A stretch of 64,000 nt of DNA. Origin: Podarcis cretensis. Lineage: Eukaryota. Positions 13,961 to 25,531 of the stretch are shown here, piece after piece. The translations under genes and the position numbers were made by a program. Location of the stretch: the NCBI GenBank assembly GCA_951804945.1, contig OX638154.1:65224001-65288000 (forward strand), given 5' to 3'. How positions within the stretch are numbered: the first letter of the stretch is position 1; every line of letters starts with the position of its first letter. The notes beneath the pieces were generated by a model. It worked only from the letters and a program-made list of their open reading frames with translations, did no database searches and was not told the origin of the DNA.

Positions 13961-14416
13961 CCGTCAGGTCAGCTACCCCAAACGCAGGCTCAAATCATGA
14001 TCCCTGGTTAGGTGTTTTTGACAATGTTGTGTATTTTTTTAAAAAAACAAAACCAAAACAGAATGAGTTTCACATGTGTTATACAAAATAGTTTCCTGTA
14101 TGAGTTTTATTTAAAACTAAACATGCATTAATAAAGATAGAGTATGAGATCAGAAAGAAGGGTGAAAATTAAGGAGGACGTCAACTCTATACCAACTCAA
14201 TGGTATTTCCAAGTGGACTTGTATAGGATAGTGCTGTTATAGACAGAATGAAATGGTATGGCTATGAGAATATGCAAGTGAATATTCACCTGTTTACGAT
14301 GCTATTGATGCTCATTGTGGGCAAGCGAAAAAGATAAGGGTCTCAAATAAAATGTAGACACTTCCTGTAGGCGATGGGACAAGCGGAGGAAAATATGCCT
14401 AACATGTTTTCACACA

Positions 14417-14651
14417 GTTACAGATAGGTAGCCGTGTTGGTCTGCCATAGTCAAAACAAAACAAAAAAAATTCCTTCCAGTAGCACCTTAAAGACCAACT
14501 AAGTTAGTTCTTGGTATGAGCTTTCGTGTGCATGCACACTTCTTCAGATACTTCTTCAGGTATCTGAAGAAGTGTGCATGCACACGAAAGCTCATACCAA
14601 GAACTAACTTAGTTGGTCTTTAAGGTGCTACTGGAAGGAATTTTTTTTGTT
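14417..14651. mobile_element. Penelope-like element terminal (pLTR) insertion in inverted, palindromic arrangement
   Basis: A perfect 92-bp inverted repeat (14460-14551 / 14560-14651) has an 8-nt spacer and an unpaired extension of about 43 nt at the left end. It is flanked by a 13-bp TSD, ATGTTTTCACACA (14404-14416 / 14652-14664), and contains a hammerhead core typical of PLE pLTRs. Confidence 0.85.
14560..14597 (+). ncRNA. minimal type I hammerhead ribozyme motif (PLE-associated); antisense copy at 14514-14551
   Basis: The motif reads GTAT-CTGAAGA-A-GTGTG CATG CACAC-GAAA-GC-TC^ATAC. It has the CUGANGA core (14564-14570), a 5-bp stem II, GAAA (14586-14589), a palindromic AGCU in place of stem III and stem I GUAU/AUAC. 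The predicted cleavage site is after C14593. Confidence 0.7.
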
Positions 14652-17235
14652 ATGTTTTCACACATTAGACTTGTCTAATAGTAGAATCCCTGTTCTTGTA
14701 ATGTTTGTATTTAGAACTTATTTGCTTAATATTTCTTTATGCTGAAATCTGATATTTAAAGCATTAGGAAGAATTTAAGTTTTCCTTGGGCATCCCTTTC
14801 AGTTTAGATAATAGATTTCACCATGTAAGGGTTCATTCATAAGGAAGATTAGCCACATGATAATCACATAGTGGTGTATTCACAAAATTAAACATTATAT
14901 ATAAGGGTCTGAGCTAAAAACTAAGATTTTACATTAGTACTCTAGGTTACTTTCCTTCATGACTGAATGATATTATACAATATTTGGAAGAATATTTTCA
15001 CTAAGTTGAGGTATTCAGAAAACGTTTCCCTGCAATGAATACTATTTTTCTCCTATCTTTGCCCTTGAACTTGGGCCTAAATGGCTTTAATCAAGCAGGA
15101 GACACTAAAATATATTTTCATCACTCTCCAAATTAATTTTAAGTTGATTAAGTAAGAAGTGCAGAAAATTTAATTTCAAATTATTTCCTAATGTTATAAG
15201 TTAGTGCTCTCTTAAGTGCCATAAGCCATTTGGTAGTTTTAGACACCTCTTCTACTCCAGCAGTTCCATCTTTTGGGCATTGAAATTGATTTTTCTCATC
15301 TTAGCATTTGAAGATCCAGAGTGTGCCCCTTGCCCCATCGCCTGGGAGAGTACAATGGCACCAACAGCAGAGGATGTGAAGGCAGCAGCTTTTCGAGCAC
15401 CTGAAATGGCAGCATCAGGAGCATCAGCACGAATAGACTGTGTTGAGGTAGTTCTCCCACACTATACTATGAAACCAAAACAGTTTGGGGATACTACATG
15501 CTGATGAAGGCTGCCTTTTACTATATTGACCTTTATGCAAATGTTTGCTGTGTTTTAGAATATTCACATTTTCTTTGCATGGCCATGAGAATCTGCCCAT
15601 GCTTGAAATTTTGCTTAGACATACACTGGGCCAATTCCCAGGAATTTTATCAATTCACAGCTATACATTTTGAAGATCAATATTACCACTTTGTAATGTA
15701 GCCAATGCAGCCACTGAAATAATAGTAGTATAATCATTAACAGAACCAACAAATTTAAAGTTGTGTTAGTTTAAATGTAGGAAAACTATAGGTAAGATGT
15801 TAAGTTTCTATTAAAGCCTTTAGTCCTGTCACTTAAAATTGCTTCTGAAAATACTTTTTTTCCTCATAGCCAATTAATAACAATCATTAATGACAGAATA
15901 TCAGAAGGTCTTCTGCTAATGCTTACTTCCAAGTCCGGCACAGGCATGTGTCTGAAAGGACACTTCAGACATTCCGGGGAAGAAGCATGAGTGATTTGTG
16001 CTGTTTATTAAAATGTTTCCAGTCTTATTTGAAGGAAACATAAATGCATATCCTGTTTGCCATAGGGCTGGTGGGGAAATGCATTGTGCCTCTGAATCAG
16101 GAGAAGGTACATCTCCCTCAGGGAATATATGCATCTCCTTTCAGTAAGACATGGAAGATGGAGAAAAGAAGCCAAAGTCACTCAAGTTTATTCTCAACAC
16201 TATTCTAGACTGTCTAAAATAGCTCTGATTTGTGCAGAGACAGAGGGATAAGTCCTTTTGATGTTGTTGTTTTCCAACACAGGAGTGACTTTTAGATGTT
16301 TTCCTATATTTCTAAAGTAACTAATGATTTAAGTACGTTGTTGATTTATGTTCTTATGTTTGGATGATCTTCTGTACAGAAACTGCACTATGTTTATAAA
16401 ATTTTAAATAGGCTCTATTTTTTAGTTTGTATTAGTCATAATGTCTTGATAGAAATTTATATATAGTATTGCAACAGAGATATGATTCATTAGTTGTAGA
16501 TGTGTTCACATGTATGTTTTTGGTTTTTTTACTGATTGGTGTACACTTTCATTGGCACCATTTGAAGTGTGAGTTCCAATATTGAGAATGTTAGATGTGT
16601 ATGTGAATATAAAGTGTAGCAGTTTTTATATTTAAAGACAGGAATGGAGTTCATATAGCTATTGCAGTGGGTGCATGTAATTAACATAGAGAACTGTAAG
16701 CTGGTTATATGTCAAATGATATGAACAACTTTTATTTTTTTAAATTGAAGAATTCCCAGTAACAAATGGACCCATGTTAAAAAAATTCACAAATAGAAAT
16801 GGCAAGCTAAATCAGGTTTGAACTACCTGCACAATAACTAAATTGTACTAGTCAAAACTGAAATGTGAACAACATTTCAGATCTCTTCTAAGGGACCTTT
16901 TCCACCCTCCTGCAACCCTGCACAATTGCCTCTGTATGTTGGGAAGCAGATCAGAAATGGGATATGACATATTTTCTTCAACTATACTTCCAGTCCATTA
17001 CCAGAGAGAAAGTAGCAAGAGGCTGCTCTCAAGAAGGGACTTCAGTTTTATGACATTTTCCCCCAGATAGACACTAACTGCAATATATTCTTGGAATATA
17101 CAGTCCTTGCCTCTGGCTAAATAGGCCATTGTGATTTGAGGTGCCTCTCCAGAGAATGGTTATACCTGAGAATTAAATGTACGTACTAAAATGATAAAGT
17201 GTGAACACAGCAAATGGATGCTTAAAATATCTGCA

Positions 17236-17995
17236 GTTACAGATAGGTAGCCGTGTTGGTCTGCCATAGTCAAAACAAAATAAAAAAATTCCTTCCAGTA
17301 GCACCTTAAAGACCAACTAAGTTAGTTCTTGGTATGAGCTTTCGTGTGCATGCACACTTCTTCAGATACACTGAAACAGAAGTCACCAGACCCTTCTATA
17401 TAGTGAGAAGGTGGGGAGGGGTATTACTCAGAAGGGTGGTGGGATTGGGTGATTGGCAGATAGCTGTGATGAGCCTGTTGATGACTCTTAACGACTGAAG
17501 ATTTGTACTTACTTTGACCATTACCCAAAATGTAAGGAAAAGAGGAACCCACCATTCCTTAGTGCCCTTGATTATAATTCATCCTGTAAGATATTTTTAT
17601 CATTCCTTCTATTCAACCCATGAAAAGGAAACTATTTGACAATGGAACCTTAGAAACAGAAAACTGCTGAAATTTTGTTTGCATGGCCATGTGCAAACTC
17701 CTATAGTAGGTTACAGTAGCTATAGTAGGTTACACCTTCTCACCCCTTGCTTTTTCCTGTAAGACCTATTGCAGTCGTTAAGAGTCGTCAACAGGCTCAT
17801 CACAGCTATCTGCCAATCACCCAATCCCACCACCCTTCTGAGTAATACCCCTCCCCACCTTCTCACTATATAGAAGGGTCTGGTGACTTCTGTTTCAGTG
17901 TATCTGAAGAAGTGTGCATGCACACGAAAGCTCATACCAAGAACTAACTTAGTTGGTCTTTAAGGTGCTACTGGAAGGAATTTTTTTATTTTGTT
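17236..17995. mobile_element. Penelope-like element insertion with long inverted pLTR arms
   Basis: 226-bp inverted arms (17272-17497 / 17772-17997) with one CpG-type mismatch enclose a 274-bp spacer. It has the same unpaired left extension as the 14417 copy and a 14-bp TSD, TTAAAATATCTGCA (17222-17235 / 17996-18009). Confidence 0.87.
17900..17937 (+). ncRNA. minimal type I hammerhead ribozyme motif (PLE-associated); antisense copy at 17332-17369
   Basis: Identical core to 14560-14597: CTGAAGA at 17904-17910, GAAA at 17926-17929, predicted cleavage after C17933. Confidence 0.7.
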
Positions 17996-18902
17996 TTAAA
18001 ATATCTGCATCATTCAGGTGCACTAAACCAGAGAGCCAAGATTCTCTGCAATTTCCTGGGCAGATTCAGCTAACAAGTCTCTCTAGTAAAAGCAAGTATA
18101 AGGGTGCCTGCTAGCACACTGGGGCTTCCTCCCTATTGCACACCCTTTCATAGAAATTTGCTGGAGAGGGAGGCCAGGAGAACCCCAGAACAGCACACAG
18201 GGGAGAAGAGGAGATTGTTCAATCCAGCAAGTTGAAAAGCTTGAGCTGATGGGATGATTGCCATAGTGCTACATAGAATTCCTCCCCCTGTCAAGTATAA
18301 ACTAATTGGCAAACCAATGTCTGATGTTGTGTAATTTGTTTAGTGGCTATCACATGGGAGATGAAACTGATGAGCTTCAAGGTGAAATGTGAAGAAGCTC
18401 CTTGTCGGTTTTACCTTTAGCAATTGTTCTATTGCATACATCTTCATCAAAAATAATAATTTTGATATCACTTTATTATGGTGTTGGATCAAACTGCAAA
18501 TCAAATATGTCATTTGTAGTGTACCATTAAAGTGAGACTATTTTCACTAATTTAAAGAATGCCTGGTATATAACTTTGTAACATGTTTATTTTTCCATAT
18601 GGATATTTTGATGCTTGTGCCATCTTATACTAATGAGTACATAAGATCTACTGACTTAAATAGCTCAAGATTAATATATAATGCATATATAAGGATTCCA
18701 AAAATATTCTGTTGCAGACTCTGTTGTATTTTTATTGAATTCTGTTGTGATTATTGTGTTTTGGAAAACCAGTAAGTTTCTAACAATGGATCACTCTTTC
18801 ATATGTGTGATATTCCGGGGGGGGGGGGTGTTCCAATCATTGAATTGTGGGAAGCAATCTGCTTTCTCTGTGACTTCCTTTTAAATTTATTATAATTATA
18901 AG

Positions 18903-21266
18903 TTTCTCTTAGTATCTGTGCAGTCACACATATATGGGATCCGCACTTCCAAATACATCATTTTTAAAAAATCTAGAACTAGACATGCCATCACCCACGC
19001 CACTGTTTGGTGCGCATTCTCAAGGGTATGTGGCTCCTGCCTTCCCAATTATTTTCTTTTCTACAGGTACAGCTGCAACACAATGAAAAGATTTCTCCTG
19101 CTATTTCTTCATCCTCACATGGCAAAATAAATAGATGATTGCCACTTATTCTTTCTTCTCTTCTTGTGATTTTATTTTGTATTTATTCTCTTTTTACATT
19201 GTGTGTTTTAATTTGGTTTGGTTTACTCATATGTCTTTTGGCATCTCTCTCAACATTTTTGCTGAGTGGCTCTAAAGCTGGTTTTTCCTGCAAAGTTGCC
19301 CCATAAAGTGGTCCTTGGGCTGAAGAAGGTTCCCCAGCTCTGCTTTATCAGGTCTAAGAAAAGAATTGAGAATTCCTCTTCAAGCATCCTTCACCTTACT
19401 TGATCATCGGTGAAACTTACATATTGCATCTCATACTGCACATACAGATAATGGAGGTAGGAGACAGGCTATCATAGACAGTAAATTGTGTTCCATAGTG
19501 GCACTGTCATTGTGCATTGCCAGCTACATGGTGTGCATATCTCAATATCAACATTCTTTGTGGGACAAGGCATCCTCCTTTTCTGGTTATCTTCCAAACA
19601 ATGCAGGTGAACACGTCTCAGTTTTGTAACAGGAAGCAAACAGCAAATCCACACTCCTGACTGTATGTCAGAAACATTGACAAAAGCATCCATGGACATG
19701 CTTAGGTGCACTTCTCTGGACTGACATAGGATGCTAGAACTATGATTCAAAACTTACCATGGCTTAGGCCTTTTTTTGGAAAAGGCAGTTGATGCCTTGG
19801 ATAGAGGACAAAAACTCTGCAAGACAGCTTGTGATATGGATTTGACAACACAATAGTATACAAGTTTTGCTTTGGTCAAGGTTTGCTTTGGCACAGGACC
19901 TCTTCCAGTCATCCTACCTCCCTAGCTACAGAGGCTTCCCAGCAGACCTCTTTGTACTTTGAAAAGCTTCTCAGTTGGGGAGTCATTCAAGTGACATAAA
20001 ACATCAGACTCTTCCAGATATCAGCTTTGACTTTCTCTTCATCATTTTTCTCTTCAGCATTTTGCCAGTGTTTAGCAAGTAGCTAAGGGTGTTGGTTTTT
20101 TTTTTTTGGTTGTTTGGTCTTCCCTCATTACTGACCAGTGGCTGCTTACCCTAGTGTTTGACTTTCTTCCTCAAGACAGAGTCTTTCACTTTATCCCCAC
20201 CTCTCCTTCTTTAGAGGTATTGATACTCATCTAAATGGAAGCAGTGGAACAAGTACCCAGACATCAAAGATTGTACTAAATGTTCTTAGGGGAGATGGGG
20301 AATCTCTGTCTGAAATTTCAAGAGGTAGGTACATTCATTTGACATTCCTTCCTTGCATTCATTGATCCATTGCATCCCCTGAAATGTGTGCAGACGAGGG
20401 TGAAGGGTCTGGAAACCAAGCCTTCTGAGGAGCAGTTGAGGGAGCTGGGTATGTTTAGCCCATGGATAAGAGAATTCTGAGAGATATGATAGCCATCTTA
20501 AAATATTTGAAGGGCTGTTACATGGAAGATGAGCAAGCTTGACCACTCCAGCTTTAGACCAATTGGCCAACTATCTTGCCACAATGCTGAGTCTTCTTGA
20601 CTCTCTGTGTAAATGTGGGGAAATCCTGTTTGGTATTTAATGCACTGGCCTGAATTCATCAGAGCACTTTCCATCAACATACATTCTTACCTTTCACATG
20701 GAAGAGAAAGAATATTCTTATGTTTTCAGCTATGGCTGACCATAGTACTGAACAGCTTGCAGTCCAAATTCAGTTTTTCAGTTATTTTGCTTCAATTCAG
20801 GGCTAACCCATTTGCTTTGAGCTTACTATTGATTATGGCACTTAATATTTAAGCTGCCTTTCCTGGTTACTATTGCTTCAGCTCAAAGGGTTACTACATC
20901 AGCTTTCTATGTTCATCTGGTACTACAGACTTGATGTTTGATCCAGAATGGATGCTCTTCTGGAAGGGCTGTGCTGAACCCAGAGCTTTCTAGGCAGCTC
21001 CCCAGCCTTTGGTATGTTAGTTTGCTATTCATATAGCCTGCTCTTGCTCACTTTTTTTGTATAGCCACTGCGCGCAATCCATTAGGAATTGAGCAGGAAA
21101 GTGGGGGCCATGCCCTTTTGAGTGTGCACACACTGGGATAAGCAGCCTGCCAATACACTAACCAAGTTCAAGAAATCTGAAAAACAAGACTGCACAGTCA
21201 CAAAACCTATATGTCTCTGCACAGATCACTCATTGAAGAACTACAGTTACAGATAAGCAAACTTTC
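18903..21266 (+). mobile_element. decayed DIRS1-like tyrosine-recombinase retrotransposon, internally deleted and interrupted by CR1
   Basis: Inverted termini are ATCTGTGCAGTCACACAT (about 18914) and ATGTCTCTGCACAGAT…GAAGAACTACAGTTACAGATAAGCAA (about 21211-21260). Gag-like relic peptides occur at about 19540-19800 (YQHSLWDK; IQNLPW…FFGK). A YR C-terminal relic YYRLDV*SRMDA…GRAVL is at about 20921-20977. Confidence 0.65.
20395..20541 (+). mobile_element. CR1 ORF2 C-terminal fragment
   Basis: Reads KGLETKPSEEQLRELGMFS…DMIAILKYLKGC, matching the CR1 motif GLE..SYEERL.ELG.FSLEKRRLRGD.I..FKYLKG. Confidence 0.85.
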
Positions 21267-21429
21267 TGAGTACCTCCTGGCTGTTTGTGTGTGCTTATGT
21301 GTTAATGTCAATTTTTAACAAACTCTTTGCCTCCTAATAGCCTTCTCTACCTGATGTGGGATTATTCTTCTTGGGTTGAAATCAAGATACATTACATCTC
21401 CCTGATCCACTGAGCTTGAAACTCTTTCA

Positions 21430-21785
21430 AAAAATGGAAATAAGATTAGGCTGGTATGACTTGTTTTTGAGAAAGATGTGCTAGTTCTTAGTAATCACAG
21501 CATCCTTTTTTGAGTGTACACCTTTCCTTGCATCAGTGTCAAGCTGACTAGTTGGTAGTTGCCTGGGTTTCCCCCTTTTTAAAGTTGGGGACCACATTTG
21601 CCTGCCTCCCAGGGACCTCACCTATTCTCAAAGAATTCTCAAATATTATACACAGAGGCTCTGATATTACATCTGCAAATTCCTTTAGTATCGTCAGATG
21701 TATTTCATCAGACCACGGAGATTTGAATTCATTTAAAGTAGCTAGGTGTTCCCTTACTGCCTCTTCTCTTTTCTTGGGCTGAAGC
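21430..21785 (-). mobile_element. CR1 reverse-transcriptase N-terminal fragment
   Basis: The minus strand encodes LNEFKSPWSDEIHLTILKEFA…VPNFKKG…GNYQLVSLT, the CR1 KSPGPD…NYRPVSLT region. Confidence 0.8.
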
Positions 21786-23850
21786 TCCCTCTCTGCATGA
21801 TTTATTGGATTATCACCAGGTTGGGCACTGTTTTCTTGTTATTTTCATGCTTTATCATCACTACTGCTGCCAACATCTCACCATTCAACAGTATGTTATT
21901 TCTTCTACACACATAAGTATGAGAGAAACTTACTTTCAGCAACTTCCACGTTGCTTTCTGCCTCCAGCAGAAGCCAGCTGTCATAGAATGAGTGCTGTGA
22001 ACTATCCCCACACCTGTGCAATCGTGATCATCTTCCCATGAAGTCTTGAGATCCCTGAATCCATACATATGCATGCTCATTACTGCCTCTTCTATGGCAC
22101 TGATTCTATATCCCATTTCAAAGAGCAAGGCCAGCATTTGGTTGCATTAGTATAGTGGTAGTTATTACTTAGATGCATGCCTTATGTAAGGCTGTTCCAT
22201 AGTGTTCCTGAATTTCTATAACATAAAAATGGTTAGAAGGTTCAAAAGGTTTTCCGAGGGGAAAGCAGTTACCAAACCATTTTGCAATTATAAATGACAA
22301 ATGGAGTATAAACCCCAGATTAATTATTTAAGGCAAAGAAATGCCTAGCTCAAGCCATGCTACCATTGAATTTAAGTCTCAACTTGACAGCAACACACAA
22401 GGCTTTCAAAATAATGAAACGAAATGGCAGAAGTAGAAAGAGAAATAGCACTCGTATAACAAATTTCAGTCGATATATTGCAGGCACAAATCCAAAATTG
22501 TTAATAATGAAGCCTCTTATTTCAGGTTTTATTCATTCTGTAGGTTATAATAAAGGAAGCTGACAAGATACTTGAAGAAATTTGACTGACAGTTTGCTTG
22601 TCCGGTGCCTGCCCCTCATGCTTATCTAAGGCTAGCCATAAGAATCTTGTTGGTCTGTTTTTAGCTGTGGTAATTGCCTCAGAGAAGGAACTTAACGTTT
22701 AAGGAGCAGAACTTTATTTATTTTTCTAAGCTTTCAAAGAAATAAAAAATATTGTTCTGTGCTGTCTCTTGAACAATGGAAAGTTCAAGACTCTTTTTTT
22801 ACAGCATCAATTTCCTTTTTGAAGAAGGTACCCAAGAGGCATATGGTATTTTTGTTTTCTGTTTGTTATTTACATGTATGGGCACATTATACATTACTCT
22901 GGAAATGTACTTGGGCAAGCAGAACTGGATTCATTAAATGTATCAGTCTTATATAAAAAACAGTACCCTTGAAACTCAAAAATGTTTTCCCCCCCTCAAG
23001 CCAGTCATTGTCCGTTAATTAGTATCCGTTGTTAATGATGAAACTACTACTAAACAAAAGACAGTATGGCTCACAAATTCCTTCATGATTTATTTTTAGT
23101 ATTCACAAAGGGAGAAGTATTAACGCTGCAACATTGTTTGTGTCTCTTCTCTGTACTATTTATAAATACTGAATAATTTGCAAAATATGCTTTCAAAATA
23201 TAATGACTATATAAGTTGAGTACAGAGGGATCAATGTGATATCATAGCTAACAATAGATTTTTCAACTCATTAAGGATGAAACTAAATTTGGGGGCAACC
23301 CATAAATGCAATGTTCCAAAGAAAAGAAAAGCTAATCCTGTGAAAATGTATTTTATAAGGTGTAGCTTATTCCTTTAAGGGAGGCATACATCTACAATGC
23401 TTGGTTAATAAGAAATATAAACAAACTAAGATTACCCAGTCAAACCCAATTAGTAAATTTTTAGATGGTTGCCTACAGACGAGCTTTTGTTGTGGGATTG
23501 TTATCACTCACACATGCAAATTTTTCACAGCACCCATATGAAACTTGCTACCAGCTTTCTGTTGTTTTTATGCTTTTATTGTCTGTGTAGTGTGCATTAC
23601 ATTGCTTATAAACTTTGGGTAGTTTAACGCTAGGTACTTGGGTTTAATTGGCTTATCATTGTTATCTTTAATGAATGCCTAATGTCTGATTTGTTGTTGT
23701 TGTTTTTCATGTTACCTGACAGTTGGTTGACTGGCTGGGTCAAAGCAATATGTGAAATTGTGCCTCCCCGCCTTTTTACTCCAAATCACACAGTGCCAGG
23801 CCACTGAAGGGTGGTGACAAAGATAACTTTCACTTTGCAGAATTCTTTTT

Positions 23851-23990
23851 ATAAGAATGCCATGCTGGATCAGACCAAAGGCCCATCTAGTCCAGCATCC
23901 TATTTTCACATAGGCCAATAAGATGAGAAATTTGCAGAGAGAGTCTGAGTACAACATCATTCTCCACCCTGAGGATTTCCACCAAGTAGT
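23851..23990 (-). mobile_element. CR1 3' end fragment
   Basis: ATAAGAATGCCATGCTGGATCAGACCAAAGGCCCATCTAGTCCAGCATCCT is the antisense of the CR1 3' terminal hairpin region. Confidence 0.75.
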
Positions 23991-24289
23991 AATAGAACAT
24001 GGCCTTTATAGGACTCTTAAATAAAAGCTAATATACTGTTCATTTGAGAATCTTATTCCATTTGCAGATGTTTTGCAACATGCACTCTGATCCAGCATTT
24101 CCTTGTAAGTGCTGGAGCTAGATTGTGCATATGAACCCTCCTACCCACAAGGGCTTTCCATCTTCAAACTGAATCTTCCATTTAAATAAATTGGGACCAC
24201 CCTGTATGCCTTGGAATGCTAACCAGGCTCCTAACTGTAATTATGGAGACTTCTTGCTTACATTATGTAAGTAAGTTGATAGTTATACA

Positions 24290-24420
24290 ATTTTTAGAAG
24301 ACATCTGAAGACAGCCCTCTATAAGTTTTTAATGTTTCATTGTGTTCTTATATGTGTTGGAAGCCGCCAAAGCGGCTGGAACAGACACATGGGTGGGGTA
24401 CAAATAATTAAATAATAAGA
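24290..24420 (+). mobile_element. L2-type LINE 3' end
   Basis: TTTTAGAAGACATCTGAAGACAGCCCTCT…GGAAGCCGCC…GGGTGGGGTACAAATAAT…AATAATAA matches an L2 3' terminus with a (TAA)-rich tail. Confidence 0.6.
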
Positions 24421-24705
24421 ATATTAAAACTGATTAAAATCAGCTTTAGGGAGATTCATTTATCATTGTTTATTGTAGACGTTGCTGTTCATATATTGAA
24501 ATAAAAATGAATTCCTTCATTAATTATAAACAATGTGACAAAAATGTTTGTTGTCCTGTCAAATATGTTCTTTATTCTATCCAATATGCGCTGTCTACCT
24601 CTAAAATTTAATGTAACAGCACATGCAACCTTTGCCACTGTGTATAGTATAACTGCAGTAAAATTTTAACATTCTCATTACTGTATTATCTTTTGTTTTT
24701 TCCAG

Positions 24706-24769
24706 GTCAATGCACAAACTGACACAGCTAGAGAGGCTTGACCTAGGCAATAATGAATTTTCTGAGTTG
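24706..24769 (+). CDS. LRRC7: LRRC7/densin-180 coding exon (LRR): (K)[21 protein letters not shown]
   Basis: Acceptor ttttgttttttccag|G and donor TTG|gtaaga; 64 nt, phase 2 to 0. Near-identical to recalled mammalian densin [21 protein letters not shown]. Confidence 0.96.
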
Positions 24770-25456
24770 GTAAGAAAAACCTGTTTTAAAAAGCATAACA
24801 AAACATGTATGTTCAGTAGTGTTCAGTATATCAATGCAATTTTCCTCAGTTCCCACTATGAGAATTGTGCTGCATGCAGAAACGAGTAACTCTACTATTT
24901 TGCTTTCCATACATGTAAAAGCTGCATAGGATCCTGCTTTGCATTGGTAATAAAAGGAATTCGTGATGAAATATTTTATGTCCACAGACAGGGATAATAA
25001 TGAGGGTGTACAAATAGTAAGTCTCTTATTTATGGCACATGATACTCTGGATTGTGTGACATTATGGGGAAGGGTTGATAGATATGTAGGATCTTGCTTC
25101 AGAAACCAGCAGCATCACAGAAGCTGTGAGAATAAAAGCCTTAACTCCTAATACCTGACAGTTCAGAGTTTCTGAAATACTAAATCAGCCATTGCTTCTC
25201 TGTGCTGCTTCTTCTCAGTGTTAGTTGATCCATCCTGGTAGATGGATTTAGACCAAACCACACTCAGAAATGTGACTTGTAATATTTAACATAATCATCA
25301 CTTATAAGTACAACCTTGAAGAAAATGATGAAGTAATCAGATTAAAGAACTATAGTTCTATTCTGATTTTGTTTGCAAAAGATAATCACTTGGCAATAAT
25401 TAAAATATCATTTGGTTTGCATAAATGTTATATTTATAAAATATACTTTTTTACAG

Positions 25457-25531
25457 CCTGAGGTTCTGGAACAAGTTCAAAATCTAAAGGAATTATGGAT
25501 GGACAGTAATTCACTTCAAACACTGCCTGGG
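25457..25531 (+). CDS. LRRC7: LRRC7 coding exon (LRR): [25 protein letters not shown]
   Basis: ttttttacag|CCT … GGG|gtatgg; 75 nt, phase 0 to 0; LRR consensus. Confidence 0.96.

Noticed and set aside
14404-18009. CRISPR-like or prokaryotic repeat system
   Set aside because: The context is a vertebrate intron and the repeats are TSD-flanked inverted retroelement termini, not repeat-spacer arrays.
1-24705. Upstream LRRC7 exons (for example LPDGFTQLLNLTQLYLND, LRILELRENHLKTLPK)
   Set aside because: No matching sequence was found by eye. The region is treated as the 3' part of one long intron.
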